A model generated the notes under the pieces. That model searched no databases. It worked only from the letters and a program-made list of their open reading frames with translations, and had not been told where the DNA came from. Below are positions 15,201 through 27,065 of a DNA stretch of 64,000 bases, one piece after another; the first letter of the stretch is position 1, and every line of letters starts with the position of its first letter. Made by a program: the position numbers and the translations under genes. Origin of the DNA: Bugula neritina (Eukaryota > Animalia > Bryozoa); the NCBI GenBank assembly GCA_964035545.1, contig OZ037768.1, positions 24,523,319 to 24,587,318 of the forward strand, given 5' to 3'.

Positions 15201-18200
15201 TGACTACACAGTAACTATACAGTAACTACACAGTGACTACACAGTAACTACACAGTAACTACACAGTGACTACACAGTAACTATACAGTGACTAAACAGT
15301 GACTAAACAGTAGATACACAGTAACTACACAGTAACTATACAGTAACTACACAGTAACTACACATAGGAAACAATTGTGTATACTAATGATAAACTTACC
15401 TCCTTTTAGTTCTCGGTACATCTTCACCAGCTTATCAATTACTTGGGCCATGTCTAAAAAAGTGAAGAATTAGAAAAGTTTTCATACAGTATGACATTTA
15501 TGACACACCTAATAGTAACTGTTGTCAACTGTAAGTCTCTACTTTCAATACATGTTACACAATAAGCCTTGTGATCAACACACATTCAATAGACATTCTG
15601 CACCCACCTTCTTGTGTCACAGTTCCTTCTGCACGTTTTCTACAATAAGACTGTAATTCATCTTCCAAGACACCTTCTGTTACAAAATACACAAAAAAAA
15701 TATTTTAACAAACTAGAATATACATAAACTACCGTATGTATTTCATGAATCAGCCCTGCTTGGTAGCGTAGAGGTGTTACAGTAACTTTAACATGTTTGT
15801 ACATCATATTAGATTAGATCTTGACATAGAATGTTGACTATAAATTGAGGTTTTATATAAAACTATTTTTTAAAGAATGTTTTTATTGGTACATTCAATA
15901 TTACCCAATCACTTTACTCCAACAATCAAAACTTTTCAAACCATTTAAAGTCGGTGTTATAAGTAAAAAACAGAATACAACCAACACAGTCCGATTTTAA
16001 TATAACTACAAAAAACAAACTGAGAAAACAATATTTACCTCCTGAAGCCGAGTTGCTGTGATCAGATAATCCTATAATGAAAATAAACAATATTCTATAA
16101 ATAAACAATATTCTATAAATAGACAAATTACTTCATGTTAGCAGCACTTTAAACAGAATTGGTTTAGGAGATGAAATAAAGCATTTTTTCTGCACCATAT
16201 AATCTTCTAGTAAACTAAATATAGTAGAATTTAGTACAGAATCTAGTACTGAATATAGTAGCAGTGTAGAAGACATTGTTACAGCAGAACATTATCTCAC
16301 TTGGCTGTATCTTATAGGTAATAGAGTTATTACTATATGAACGAAAGGAATATTGAATACACGAATATAAAATGTAGTCATGTGGCTCATGCAGTGAGTG
16401 AGACTGGGTGAGTAGAGAGTGAGACTGAGTGAGTAGAGAGTGAGACTGAGTGAGTAGAGAGTGAGACTGAGTGAGTAGAGAGTGAGACTGAGTGAGTAGA
16501 GAGTGAGACTGAGTGAGTAGAGAGTGAGACTGAGTGATTAGAGAGTGAGACTGAGTGAGTAGAGAGGGAGACTGAGTGAGTAGAGAGTGAGAATGAGTGA
16601 GTAGAGAGTGAGTGAGTAGAGAGTGAGACTGAGTGAGTAGAGAGTGAGACTGAGTGATTAGAGAGTGAGAATGAGTGAGTAGAGAGGGAGACTGAGTGAG
16701 TAGAGAGTGAGAATGAGTGAGTAGAGAGTGAGTGAGTAGAGAGTGAGACTGAGTGAGTAGAGAGCGAGACTGAGTGAGTAGAGAGTGAGAATGAGTGAGT
16801 AGAGAGTGAGTGAGTAGAGAGTGAGACTGAGTGAGTAGAGAGCGAGACTGAGTGAGTAGAGAGTGAGACTGAGTGAGTAGAGAGGGAGACTGAGTGAGTA
16901 GAGAGTGAGTGAGTAGAGAGTGAGACTGAGTGATTAGAGAGTGAGACTGAGTGAGTAGAGAGTGAGACTGAGTGAGTAGAGAGTGAGACTGAGTGAGTAG
17001 AGAGTGAGACTGAGTGAGTAGAGAGTGAGACTGAGTGAGTAGAGAGTGAGACTGAGTGAACAGTGAGAGAGACTGAACAAGTAGTTGATAAAAGAAACAT
17101 ATAAATAATGGCCATGCTTATACACGGTATCAGACGATTAAAAAATAATTTTTTCTGAAATAATATATCCAGAGTTGAACACTTACGCAGTTGCCGTGGC
17201 TTTGGGAGAGGTGTCACATTGTCGTCTGACGGTGAACTGGCAACAGGCAGCTCTTCCTTCTCCACTTTGACTAGCAAAGCAAACACAACTAATAATTGGA
17301 ATCATTTAAACACTAATTATTTGGTTTTTTCAATAAAACTTTGAAAAAATTAAGTAATTAAACTACTAAAACATAAAAAAGTTAGCAAAATACAAAATAA
17401 AAGGGAAACAAATGTAAAGCTAGTTTTCAAGTCAAGGTAAACCCTAAATAAGAGCTCTGTGGTACCCAGCACTGAATAATCGTTATTGTAACTACCAGAG
17501 GGGCTAGTCGCAACTTCCTATTGGGGTTGAAAGAATTAGTATGTTAAACTCATGCCAAACTAAGAAATATTGTAAGATTAACACAGCACCAGGTTTCAAT
17601 AGTGAAGTTTGGATTCAAACCCATACCATCAGGACTGCTGTCGGCCATCTGGAAGTCCATATCAGTGATACCGAGCTCTACATCATCTGATTTAGCTGAT
17701 TATAAAATAAGAAAAAGAAGTTTGAGATAAAAATTAGGCCAATGTAACAATGAGAAAAAAAAACATAAAAAAATTATGGTAAGGCATTGTAAGAGTTTGA
17801 AGGTGAGTTATACAAGACTTACTGCCTGTGAGAGGAGGGCAAGAATTCTGCCGTAAAAACCCCACAGCATGACGTAAGTTTGAAGATGCAGCTGCAGCGC
17901 CGGCTTTATCTCCTTGGCTTACAGGGTTAGAGTGCGAGGAGCGAGGTGTGGGCGTCGGCTTCCCCTGCCCGCCCTCTGCACAAAAGTATAGAAAACACTC
18001 TCAAGTTGAGTCATTACAGCAAATCACAGAGAGAAATACGGCAGACAAAACTGAATTACCCACGAGTACCAGATAGATTGCTGGCAGGTTTCATGGAATG
18101 TTCTAGACTGTTGGAGGGAGAGACAACTGGCGAACGTCTCGGAGAAGGGACAGGAGAACCGGTAGCTGGTGTTCCATTAGTGGCCATATTGGATTTTATC

Positions 18201-19569
18201 TCCGTGTTTAAATCATCTATTATGGACAAGGTAGGGTCTGCAATGATTCCAATTTCAACAGATTAAAAGATAGCTAAATGATTGGGCGGGAGAGTGTCAA
18301 GAATGACATGATCTGCTTGTATGCATACTTGAACAAGTGCTAGCAGGTGCTAAGAGTTAACATAGGAACAGGCAATTAGGTAGTATCTAGTAGAGAAGAG
18401 GGAAACACACGACCTCAAAGCAGAAGGCAGAGTGACTAAAATGAGTTTTATTATACAGATAACCAATACATGCGGCTTAGCTCATTACAATTACTCTTTT
18501 ACTTGTTTGTAAGTTGTGTTCCCCTACCAGTATCAACTGATGGTGTGCAGACAGTGTAAAAGTGTCACTAAAGCGATTGCTCCCAGCATGCTTTTCTATG
18601 AGAAACTTACCAAGCGTCATAGCTGTACTAGCAGGTGTCATAGCAGTATTGGCAGGTGTCATAACAGTACTAGCAGGTGTCATAGCAGTATTGGCAGGTG
18701 TCATAACAGTACTAGCAGGTGTCATAACAGTACTAGCAGGTGTTATAGCTGTACTGACAGGTGTCATAGTAGTATCGACAGGTGTTACAGAGGCACTAGC
18801 AGGTGCTAACAAAGTGTTAGATACCTGAGGCACATTGTCTAAAAACAGTATAAAGCATTACAATTAATGCTAAATTCTGAAAAACAAAAGAGAAGCTGCA
18901 TATGCATGCTGTGTCAGAGTTACAACCTAATTTAGTGTTTCAGCTTTACAAAGAAAATACTTACCAACGACGGTGTCCCCAGCAGCTGCACCAACAGCAC
19001 TTCTATTCAGGAGGCAACCATCTTCACCCCTGACACTTACACAAAGTGAAAGCTGACAGTATTAAAAGTATTGAACGGTTAGTTAAAAAAGTTTGTGCAT
19101 ACTAAAATTTATATTCTACAATTAATCTTTATTGAATCACAGCTAGGTATTCGCTGGAAGATTTAATTTAGCCATAATTCCTGAAGCAAGTTCAACATTA
19201 CACTAAAAACTAAATAACTATCATGGTTAATACAGCTACTGGCACAAAGGCTGTCAAGAATCTAATCAACAGTGACTGCGAAAAACAGTATCAAAACAAC
19301 AATTTACTTATGTGATTCAAAACTGCTGAAGAAGTGTAGACTGGAACTAGTTCAACAACTAACTCAGTAACTCAACAAGTAACTCAGTGACTCAACAAAC
19401 AACTCGGTGACTCAACAAGTAACTCAGTGGCAGAAAGATGACTAACATTTTAGCCAACTAAACAGCAAAAAGTGACTCACGGTAATGAAATATTTAGTGC
19501 TTGCAAAGAAAGAGTCTCGTAATCACTGTCTGTATGAGAGGCTGGTTGATCCACTTTATGACTGGCCAT
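5058..19569 (-). CDS. Uncharacterised protein, about 21 coding exons: N-terminal Ser/Pro/Thr-rich region, C-terminal coiled coil
   Basis: Exons chain in one open frame: 19569-19481 (MASHK..DSDYETL), 19029-18965, 18838-18611, 18238-~18064, 17975-17823, 17695-17627, 17270-17187, 16071-16039, 15676-15608, 15453-15400, 14968-14936, 9789-9739, 9626-9564, 9427-9395, 8996-8913, 7470-7387, 7262-7221, 6915-6862, 5888-5844, 5689-5651, 5155-5058 (..EDDHTNQ*). All introns after the first are phase 1. Confidence 0.75.
5168..5641. repeat. 36-bp intronic minisatellite, ~13 copies
   Basis: Unit TATAGAGTAGAGTTAGTATGAATATATAGTATAGTA; fills almost the whole intron. Confidence 0.95.
5985..6857. repeat. 28-bp intronic minisatellite
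   Basis: Unit GTATATACACTGAGCTCTACACTATACA; abuts minus-strand donor at 6861. Confidence 0.95.
6932..7195. repeat. 17-bp intronic minisatellite
   Basis: Unit GTGAGTATATAGTATAT. Confidence 0.95.
7529..8826. repeat. 19-bp intronic minisatellite
   Basis: Unit CAACAGTAGATAGCAGTAT. Confidence 0.95.
9061..9340. repeat. Polypurine (GA)n/GGGA tract
   Basis: Pure (GA)n core ~9135-9198 in G/A-only flanks. Confidence 0.95.
9790..14864. repeat. 30-bp satellite (~78 units at 9790-12140, ~31 units at 13936-14864) split by a LINE
   Basis: Unit AGAATACATTTCATACAGTAATCTCTTAGT; begins at the minus-strand acceptor of exon 9789-9739. Confidence 0.97.
12141..13935 (-). mobile_element. 5'-truncated CR1-group (CR1/L2/Crack/Daphne-like) non-LTR retrotransposon
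   Basis: RT motifs NYRPISIL, QYGF, IDFSKAFDTIDH, GVPQGSILGP, FADDT; after a 1-nt shift in a T run near 13085 the frame continues (KFLGITID..LNW, YCLEAWG, WNSLP) to a stop at 12301; short 3' UTR and (CAAA)n tail at 12141-12158. Confidence 0.93.
15030..15363. repeat. 11-bp intronic minisatellite
   Basis: Unit ACACAGT(A/G)ACT. Confidence 0.9.
16393..17060. repeat. 21-bp intronic minisatellite
   Basis: Unit GAGTGAGACTGAGTGAGTAGA with 15-bp deletion variants. Confidence 0.95.
18615..18810 (-). repeat. 21-bp coding repeat (TPASTAM/TPASTVM) inside exon 18838-18611
   Basis: Open frame flanked by AG at 18839-40 and phase-1 G|GTAAGT at 18610. Confidence 0.75.
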
Positions 19570-20349
19570 TCTGTACTCAAACATCAAACTAAGGGCACAC
19601 CTAAAGTCAAATTTACTGACTTGAATAATTTATAGAGAATGGCAAGATTTTGCATTATAACTAAAAAATACCATCAGCTGCCAGCACCATAGATGCTATT
19701 ATGTCACTTTAATGTTTATTGAGTTGTATTGTATTGGAGAAACAGAAAAAGAATGCTTGACTTACTCTTACTCTTAGTAATGACTCTAATAACTATTAGT
19801 ATTAGTGTATTACTAATAACTAATTACTATAAGTATAAGTCTAACCATAATCATAATGATAATGCCTAGGACTAATACTAATAGAAATATTAATAGTAAT
19901 ACACTAATAATAATACTAATAGTAATAGTAATAGTGAGTGTATTGATGATAATTACAATCATAAATTAAAATTTAAAAATAGGTATGTAATAATAATTGC
20001 ATAATTATATTTATATTATTCATTATGATTGTGATTATAAATACTGATAGTGTTAGTAATACTAATACTAAGAGTAAGAGTAAGAGTAAATACAATTTGA
20101 ATTATTGTCATAATCTTCAACTGTGGATAAATTATTTTAGTATAACTGCGTGATTTGCGGGTTAGTATAAGTACTAGTGTATTGCTACCCTTGCTTTTAT
20201 GATTACCATCATAGCCACCATAATTAAGAAAATTAAGAAAAATATAGTTATATGTAACACAGCTAGTTTTCCCTGTAGAGGTTAACAACATCAACAGTCT
20301 ATTCGAGTGCGTTCAGCTAACTCGTCATTCACACTTCAGACCAAAATAG

Positions 20350-20400
20350 GTTTCCGGTTTGCTTTGGGAATTCCCATTTGCTGCGTCAGTTCAGGTAAGT
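20350..20400. promoter_or_regulatory. Candidate bidirectional promoter: kB palindrome GGGAATTCCC, ETS-like TTCCGG, CRE-like TGCGTCA, then CAG|GTAAGT donor
   Basis: Motifs cluster at 20352-20400 in a GC-richer island between two divergent genes whose ATG exons are each preceded by an acceptor. Confidence 0.45.
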
Positions 20401-21007
20401 TATTCTCTCAACAACATGAATCTTTTATTACGACTTTAGTCTCATCTCATTGCTGCAACCATTTAGTTTTGCACTAACAAAACAAAACTAAATAAAAATT
20501 TATATTTAGTGATTGTTACACTATAATTGACTTAATAGGACAATTATTGCAGTTGAAAACGAAACTCGATGCAAAAATTTTCACTCCAAGTCATTACAGT
20601 TTCGTTTGAGTTAGCTATAGTGATGGTCATACTCATAGTCATTACTCATACTCATAGTAGTAGTACCATAGCAATAGTAATACTATTAGTATTACAGACC
20701 ATGAGTGTATTGGTATAAGTAATACAACCATTGGCCAGTGCGATTACAAATTACTAGTCATTATTACTAAATACTAATCATTATGATTATAATTATTTGT
20801 ATTTCTCGTAGATTTAGAAATACCCTTACTCTAAGAGTAGTTGACGCGCAAAGGCCAAAGCTCAGGCTATAGCTATAAGTATAATGTTATATAAACTATG
20901 ATTTTACTAATAGTACTACTAATACTTATAGTTATCCCAATACTAATGTTAATACTTAATATACTTAAAGTTAAACTTAAAGTGTACGTATTGTTATTAT
21001 TTTATAC

Positions 21008-21341
21008 TGTGGGTTGGTGTGCAATCAATTGATTACTTATTCAGTATGCTAGATCAACTTCGCCAGTGTGATTCGAGTTAATAATAATATATTTTACACA
21101 AATGATACATCCACAAAAACTACAGTTATCAAAATACATTCAGCTATTCGATACGGTCTATACAGCTCACCAGACTAAGCCTAACTAACTACAACGCGGG
21201 AAGCTATAACACTACTAAAAACTGTCAGTCATTCCGATTGGTTATCTGCTGTCCCGGGTCATCCCAATGACCCCGTGTTGCACTCATAAGGGGAATTAAC
21301 ATTTCCCCGTTATTACGATGGTAGCTCTACGAGCCACCACA
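21008..21341 (-). mobile_element. Gypsy 3' LTR (334 bp)
   Basis: TGTGG...CCACA termini, preceded on the minus strand by G-rich PPT GGTGGGGGCGG (21352-21342). Confidence 0.8.
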
Positions 21342-21605
21342 CCGCCCCCACCAGCAGAAAGCCCCCTTTCTGATACAAAAAAATTACAATCAGCACACAT
21401 AATATCAGTAGACCATAACATAAAAATAGACAGGTATATACACAACAACGACAGACATAATCATTATAACAGGTCTGGCATATACAATTGGTTAGCTACG
21501 GAGAGAGAAGTAGCACTAGCTGTGGTAGTAGCCAAAGAAGATGAGCTGTCAAGCATTTACATGAGGGTGAGGCTTACGGATACATTCCAGGAAGGAGAAC
21601 CAGAG

Positions 21606-22297
21606 TCATGGCTTGGAGAGCCGGTGCTTAGCTTGACGGGCACGTAGCTTCCGTTTGATCCTGCTGACGGAACCTTTTAGTTGATAGAGTCCTGTCGTGG
21701 TATTTAATAGGTCTGGGGCTAATTGGGTGAAATTGGCCTGTAGCCGAAGGAGCCGCTCTTCTACGGTAGCTAGACGAGTACAATCCGGAGATTGGGTTGG
21801 GACCTTACGAGGGGGAGGTGCTACCTCTTTTTCCATGTCGGTATAGGTGGGCTCTTCAGGAGTATATAAAATCTCGGGTCTGTCAGATACCATAGACGAC
21901 TGTTGCCGAGCATACTTCAGCACATGCTGGATTCCTGAGGTCAAGATGGCCAGCACCATCGCCTTCTTTACTAAGGGCCGTACCAGTGTTAAGAATTCTG
22001 GGTATAGGTCAGCATCCACGACGAAGTTTTCCCCCGGGAAGCATCCAGCTGCTCGATGTCTAATGATTGGGTATGGGTAGACATTGTGGTGTCCGCATGG
22101 GCAGAATGTCAATAGAAAATGTGCATCCACGTGCAATCTTAGGGAGCGATGAGACGGGCTATCCTCATAGCATATTTGGCACTGCGTACTTCCTTTAGAT
22201 CCCCATGCAGCCTCTATTTTCCTCTCCGTCTCTGGTGACACCCACCGCCAACTGTGACGCAGTGGCCCGGGTAGTCCGCCATTGGCTGTCACAAAAC
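21606..22297 (-). CDS. Gypsy additional 3' ORF (5'-truncated): C2H2-like zinc finger plus C-terminal coiled coil
   Basis: CQIC-x12-HVDAH, CPCG..H..C, LATVEERLLRLQANF; lies between pol and PPT. Confidence 0.65.
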
Positions 22298-22656
22298 TGT
22301 TGGTAGCAGTGTGACGAGTTCGAAAAGTCTGGTAGTCAGAAGTGTACAGACAAGTAGCATACAGCTTGCTAATCCAGTTGAGAGTAAATAGAGTTGTGAA
22401 TATAAGTAGACTTTATTTCTCTAGTAAGATATGCACAGATGAACTGATAAAGATGAACTCTGAGAATGAACTGATCCGTAAACACAACTGCCTCAGTATT
22501 TATAGTAAACAAAAAAAACTCTAGAACATTCTCAAGCATTCCAGTATAGAAGATTCTAGTAGAAAACATTCCCCACATGCCAATACTATTTATAGAAAAT
22601 CAAAACAAAACAAAACATTGGAATTTCCATGGTTATTTCGCAATTATTGCGCAACA
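22298..22656 (-). mobile_element. LTR of a third retroelement (359 bp), no matching TSD
   Basis: TGTTG...CAACA termini; on the minus strand TATAAATA, TCAGTT and AATAAA in LTR order. Confidence 0.6.
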
Positions 22657-23201
22657 CCTTGTTCACATTGCTGGGCAGTAGGTAACATGACTAATGAAAA
22701 CAATAACAATGAACAATGACCCATCTCTTTGATCAGTATAGAATATTTATGAACATTCGTGTATAATCATTAGGAAAAACCCGGTAAGTCTATAAGTATA
22801 TGTACACTCAGAATTTGTGACATTGGCATCTTCCTCGTGGTGTGGAAGTGCTTGGTTCTGTACCCTGGCTGTAGCGAGTCGAGTGTAACCTGAAAGAGTT
22901 CAACAGCGTTAGTGAAATACACTGCAGTTTTGTCGGCCTTAGACAGCCTGACAACTTCTCGCTCGGTTAAACACTCGCAGAGATTTATGTTAGTGAATAG
23001 TTGGAAGAGAACACATACTGCAGTGAGATTTTGAAATCTCTGTGTTCCTACCACTGTAGTTCACTAGCCTATCTCCAGCTCAACTGACTCAGTCGAGTCG
23101 GAGCTGAGTGATGCAATCTAGTTTCCATACCAAAGAACATAGTTAACTCACCCCACGATCCGGTATTGTATGACATACTGAATGTTTGAGAATGATTTGT
23201 A

Positions 23202-26079
23202 CTAGTGACTAGTGGCACGTCTGCTCTTGACTGCATCAGCGTAAAAAAAGATCGAGCAACGTGGTTGGGGTGCGTGATTATGACTTAGCACACCCGGCGG
23301 ATGAATTTTATTTCTAGTTCCGCCGATACAAAAGTTGATATTTTCGTGGTGCTGACAACTTCCACAGTTGCTCGATAATTTACTTGTACGGTTCCCCACT
23401 AGACTCTCATACGCGCCGCTCTGGATGCAGTCACATACGAAGTCCTTTAAATAGGCTGGGGGTTGTCTCGTACGCTGTCCTCGCTCTAAGGCAGGTGGCG
23501 CACTCACCGGTGGACTGTTTGGTGCCACTGGTGGTGCTTCTGATTCCCCAGCGGTGAGTATTTCTTCATGTTCATCGGATGGAGCCCCTCCCTCCGTGGG
23601 GGTTTGCACTTCTGGAACCGGCTCGGTTTCCGGAAGTGATGGTATCAGTTCTGGCGTTGGAGGCGGCGGGCGCACTTCTGTGGATGGAAGTGGTCGCTCG
23701 TCTCGTACCAAGTCTTCTTCCTGCGGGATGACCACCTCATACTCGGGTCCATGCCGCCGTCGCCCACGCGTTGTCATTTGCCTCCTGGGCTCCAACAACG
23801 GGGGGGGGGGGCTTCTCTCACTGCGTCTGGGCTAGCCCAAAACGGCTTCAAGCGAGCTTCATTTTGGATGGACACTTGTCCTGAGCGCTCGATCTTGTAG
23901 GTATGGTTGGGCATAGCTTCGACTATCACGTAGGGTTCTACGAACTTAGGCTGTAATTTAGCCGCCTGTCCGCGACGCCTACGATAATTGACCATTCACA
24001 CCCAATCTCCTGTCTGATAGAGGGGTGGCTCTTCGGAGTCCTCACGCCGCACCTGCCACTGCTTCTCTCGCAGCATTTGGTGTGCGACCCTCATCCGCTC
24101 TACTAGTTCACTGGCATACTCGTGAATCGAGCTTTCTTGCTCTGGAACATGGTAGGTAAGATGGTCGGGGACCTGAGTCTCCCTCCCGAGCATCAGGAGA
24201 TTTGGGGTCTCACCAGTACTGGTGTGTGGTGTGCTACGGTATGCGCGCATGACTTGCGGCAACACCGTATCCCATTCCTCCTGACTGCGTCCGAGGAGTA
24301 GACTCCGGAGCGAATCACCTAGCATCCGGTTATTGCGCTCCACTACCCTGTTACCTGGGGGATGGTAGGGAGTGGTCCTGCTCTGATTTACTCCCCAGAG
24401 GCGGCAAAGGTCGTTCATCAGTTGAGACTGTAACTGAGCACCTTGGTCAGAATGTATCTGTTTGGGGAGGCCGAAGTAACAGAATACATGTTGCTCTAGC
24501 ACCCTGGCCACAGTCCGGGCTGACGCATTTGGGATCGCCAGAGCGTCTGCCCACCTGGTGAAGTGGTCGGTTAAGACTAAGAGCCAACTGTTGCCTTTAG
24601 GGGTTAGGGGCATGGGTCCGACCAGGTCGACAGCTACTACTTGCCACGGCCGTCCAGCAAATAACTTTCGCCGTCCCGCTTCACCAGGGAGACGGCCATG
24701 TTTGCTGGCCTGGCAGATTTCACACTGCTTCATTCTGAGTCGGACATCACGCCCCATCTTGGGCCAATACCATCGGAGTTGTAATTTGGAGATCACTCTC
24801 TGGACTCCTGCGTGAGCCTGTTTGTGAGTGTCCCAAATTTACTCACAACCTATGGCAGTGGGGCAAACCACCCTTTTCCTCTCCGGGTGTCTGCCGTTGG
24901 CGGCTAGAGAAATGGTCAGTAGGCCATCTTGCCCGATCCTCAGCGAGTCCCAACGCTGACAGAACAGCCGGAACTCGGCGCATCCCTGCCTTAGTTGTTC
25001 CTCGTTGAGTAGTCGCCCTTGCTTTTTGGCCCGATATATGTCTGCCACTACTCCAGGCAGATCTTCCTGAAGCTTCTTCAGCTCCTGGACATTATCGGCC
25101 AAAACAGAGTTGGCGCGGAGATTTTGTACAACCTCCGAAGACTCGTCAACCTTCTGTTTGAGTTGACCCTGGTCCCAGTCAAACTGTGCTCCGTGACAAA
25201 CCAGTGTCTCCAACTCACACCGTGGGGGACCTCCATCCCTCTTTCGATGTTGAAACACTGCTTGCAACCTCCATCAGGTCGTCGGCTCAAACCATCCGCA
25301 TTGCTGTGCCTCTTACCCGGCTGGTGTTCGATCCGGTAAGAGAACTAGGTTAGGATATCGAGCCACCGGGCGATCTGACTGGACGGTTCCGCTCTCTTGC
25401 ACAACCAAATCAGGGAGGCATGATCCGTACGCAGCCGGAACTTCCTGCCATATAGATAGGGTCGGAAGTGCTTCACTGACTTGATTACTGCCAGCAACTC
25501 CTTGCGGGTAGTGCAGTAATTTCGCTCAGTGGATGGGAGAGACTTGCTGTAGTAAGCTACTACTACTTCCCGGCCTTCCTGCACAGCACAGCGCCAACAT
25601 TCTGGTCACTGGCATCTGTGTCGAGGATATACCCTAGAGTAGGATCTGGGTAGGCCAAGAGGGGCGCCGTCAGTAGGCAACCCTTGAGGCGGTCGAACGC
25701 CTGTTGTTCGACCGGGGTCCACTGCCACGTCACCCCCTTTGCGGTAAGCCGGTTTAACGGCTGTGCTATCTCCGCAAAGTCTTGTATGTATTGCCTGTAA
25801 TACCCTACCAGACCCAAGAAAGCCCGGAGTCCGGTCAAATCTTGAGGGGTGACCCAGCCCTCTATCGCCCGTACCCTCTCGGGATCCGTTGCCACGCCGT
25901 TTCGACCGACAACGTGCTTCGGGTACTTAACCTCCGGCTGCAATAGAGCGCACTTAAAAGGTTTCAGCTTTAGACCGGCACCTCTGAGTCTTTCGAAAAC
26001 CCCCCGCAGACGACTGACGTGTGTCTCGAAGTCTGGGGAGATCACGATGACGTCATCGAGGTAGATCAGCAGTGTTTTG
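23202..26079 (-). mobile_element. Degenerate Ty3/Gypsy pol: RT (from YLDD), RNase H, integrase, Pro-rich tail
   Basis: YLDDVIV, FLGLVGYYR, LDTDAS, NYCTTRKELLA, RTDHASL, HGRL..PWQVVAVDLVGP, IHSDQG, TTPYHP..VERNNR, RTRQPPAYLKDFV; order RT-RH-INT; several frameshifts/stops. Confidence 0.95.
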
Positions 26080-26782
26080 AATTTTGAATAACAACCCTTT
26101 GTGGAATGATCGTTTTTACCACAGGTCATGCACTGTTCATCACGTTTGTTTTGGGGACTTGAAATTTCCTCTTCCTTTAGAATCCATGGTTGTGATGAGA
26201 GCACCGAGCCCATTCAGTAAGGTCGAAGTTAGTCAGAGCTGCTCTGAACTCTGATATGGTTTGATTTTTGTGTAGTTGCATATGCACTACTACACAAGGC
26301 TGATAGGATGTTGGTAATCCTTTCATGATCATTGCGATCACCAAATTGTCACTAATATTTTTCTTAGCAGACTTTAGGCCTGCTGAGTAGTTTTCAGTAC
26401 GAATCAGGTAGTCTGTAATGTCTTCTGCATCAGTCATTTTTACAGTCGTGAATTGTTCATAGAAACTTAGTGCTCTCGGCTTTTGTATACTTGCATAATG
26501 TTCCTTCAGAATTTGAACGCTTTCCTTCCATCATCTTTGGCATCCCTCACCACAAGTTGGAGAGATTTTTCATTCAGAACTTGTACCAGTTCAGTGTAGG
26601 CTCGCTTGTTTTTTTGTTAAAGTCATCAGCGTTGTCTCCTCCTTCCTTGGCTAGAAAGGTGGTGTGTACACCTTTACCTTGTGTATACAAGTATGAAGTG
26701 AATCTTAGTTCCAAAATTGAAAAAATAGTTTTGAGTTGCCATCAAAAAGAAGTCTGTGTTTAAAGCCACGGGACCCATAACC
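26080..26782 (-). mobile_element. Degenerate Ty1/Copia gag with PBS
   Basis: PBS GGTTATGGGTCC (copia-type half tRNA-iMet primer) directly after LTR; ITDYLIR, ISDNLVIAMIMKGLPTSY; zinc knuckle CMTCGKNDHSTKGC. Confidence 0.88.
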
Positions 26783-27065
26783 TGTTGAATGCGTGGCCAT
26801 TGTGTAGAGTATTAATCATGAAATACGTTTGTGGTAGTTATATTGATTGATGTTTTAACTTATTGAGCAAACTGAGTGACTGATTTAATTTGTATAATTT
26901 AATAAAATATTTATTTGAATGAAAAACAGCACAATGGCTTGCATTACAGAAAACAGAAGAGAAGGGGTAAACAAAATCCGGCGATTCTAGTACAGAAGTT
27001 AGTTAATATATTGTTACGTGATTGTCGTGTGATTCACGATGGAATTGCATGATTGTTTCTCAACA
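26783..27065 (-). mobile_element. Copia 5' LTR (283 bp)
   Basis: TGTTGA...TCAACA termini, adjacent to PBS. Confidence 0.85.

Noticed and set aside
21318-26064. Plus-strand ORFs over the Gypsy element
   Set aside because: Antisense shadows of GC-rich coding sequence.
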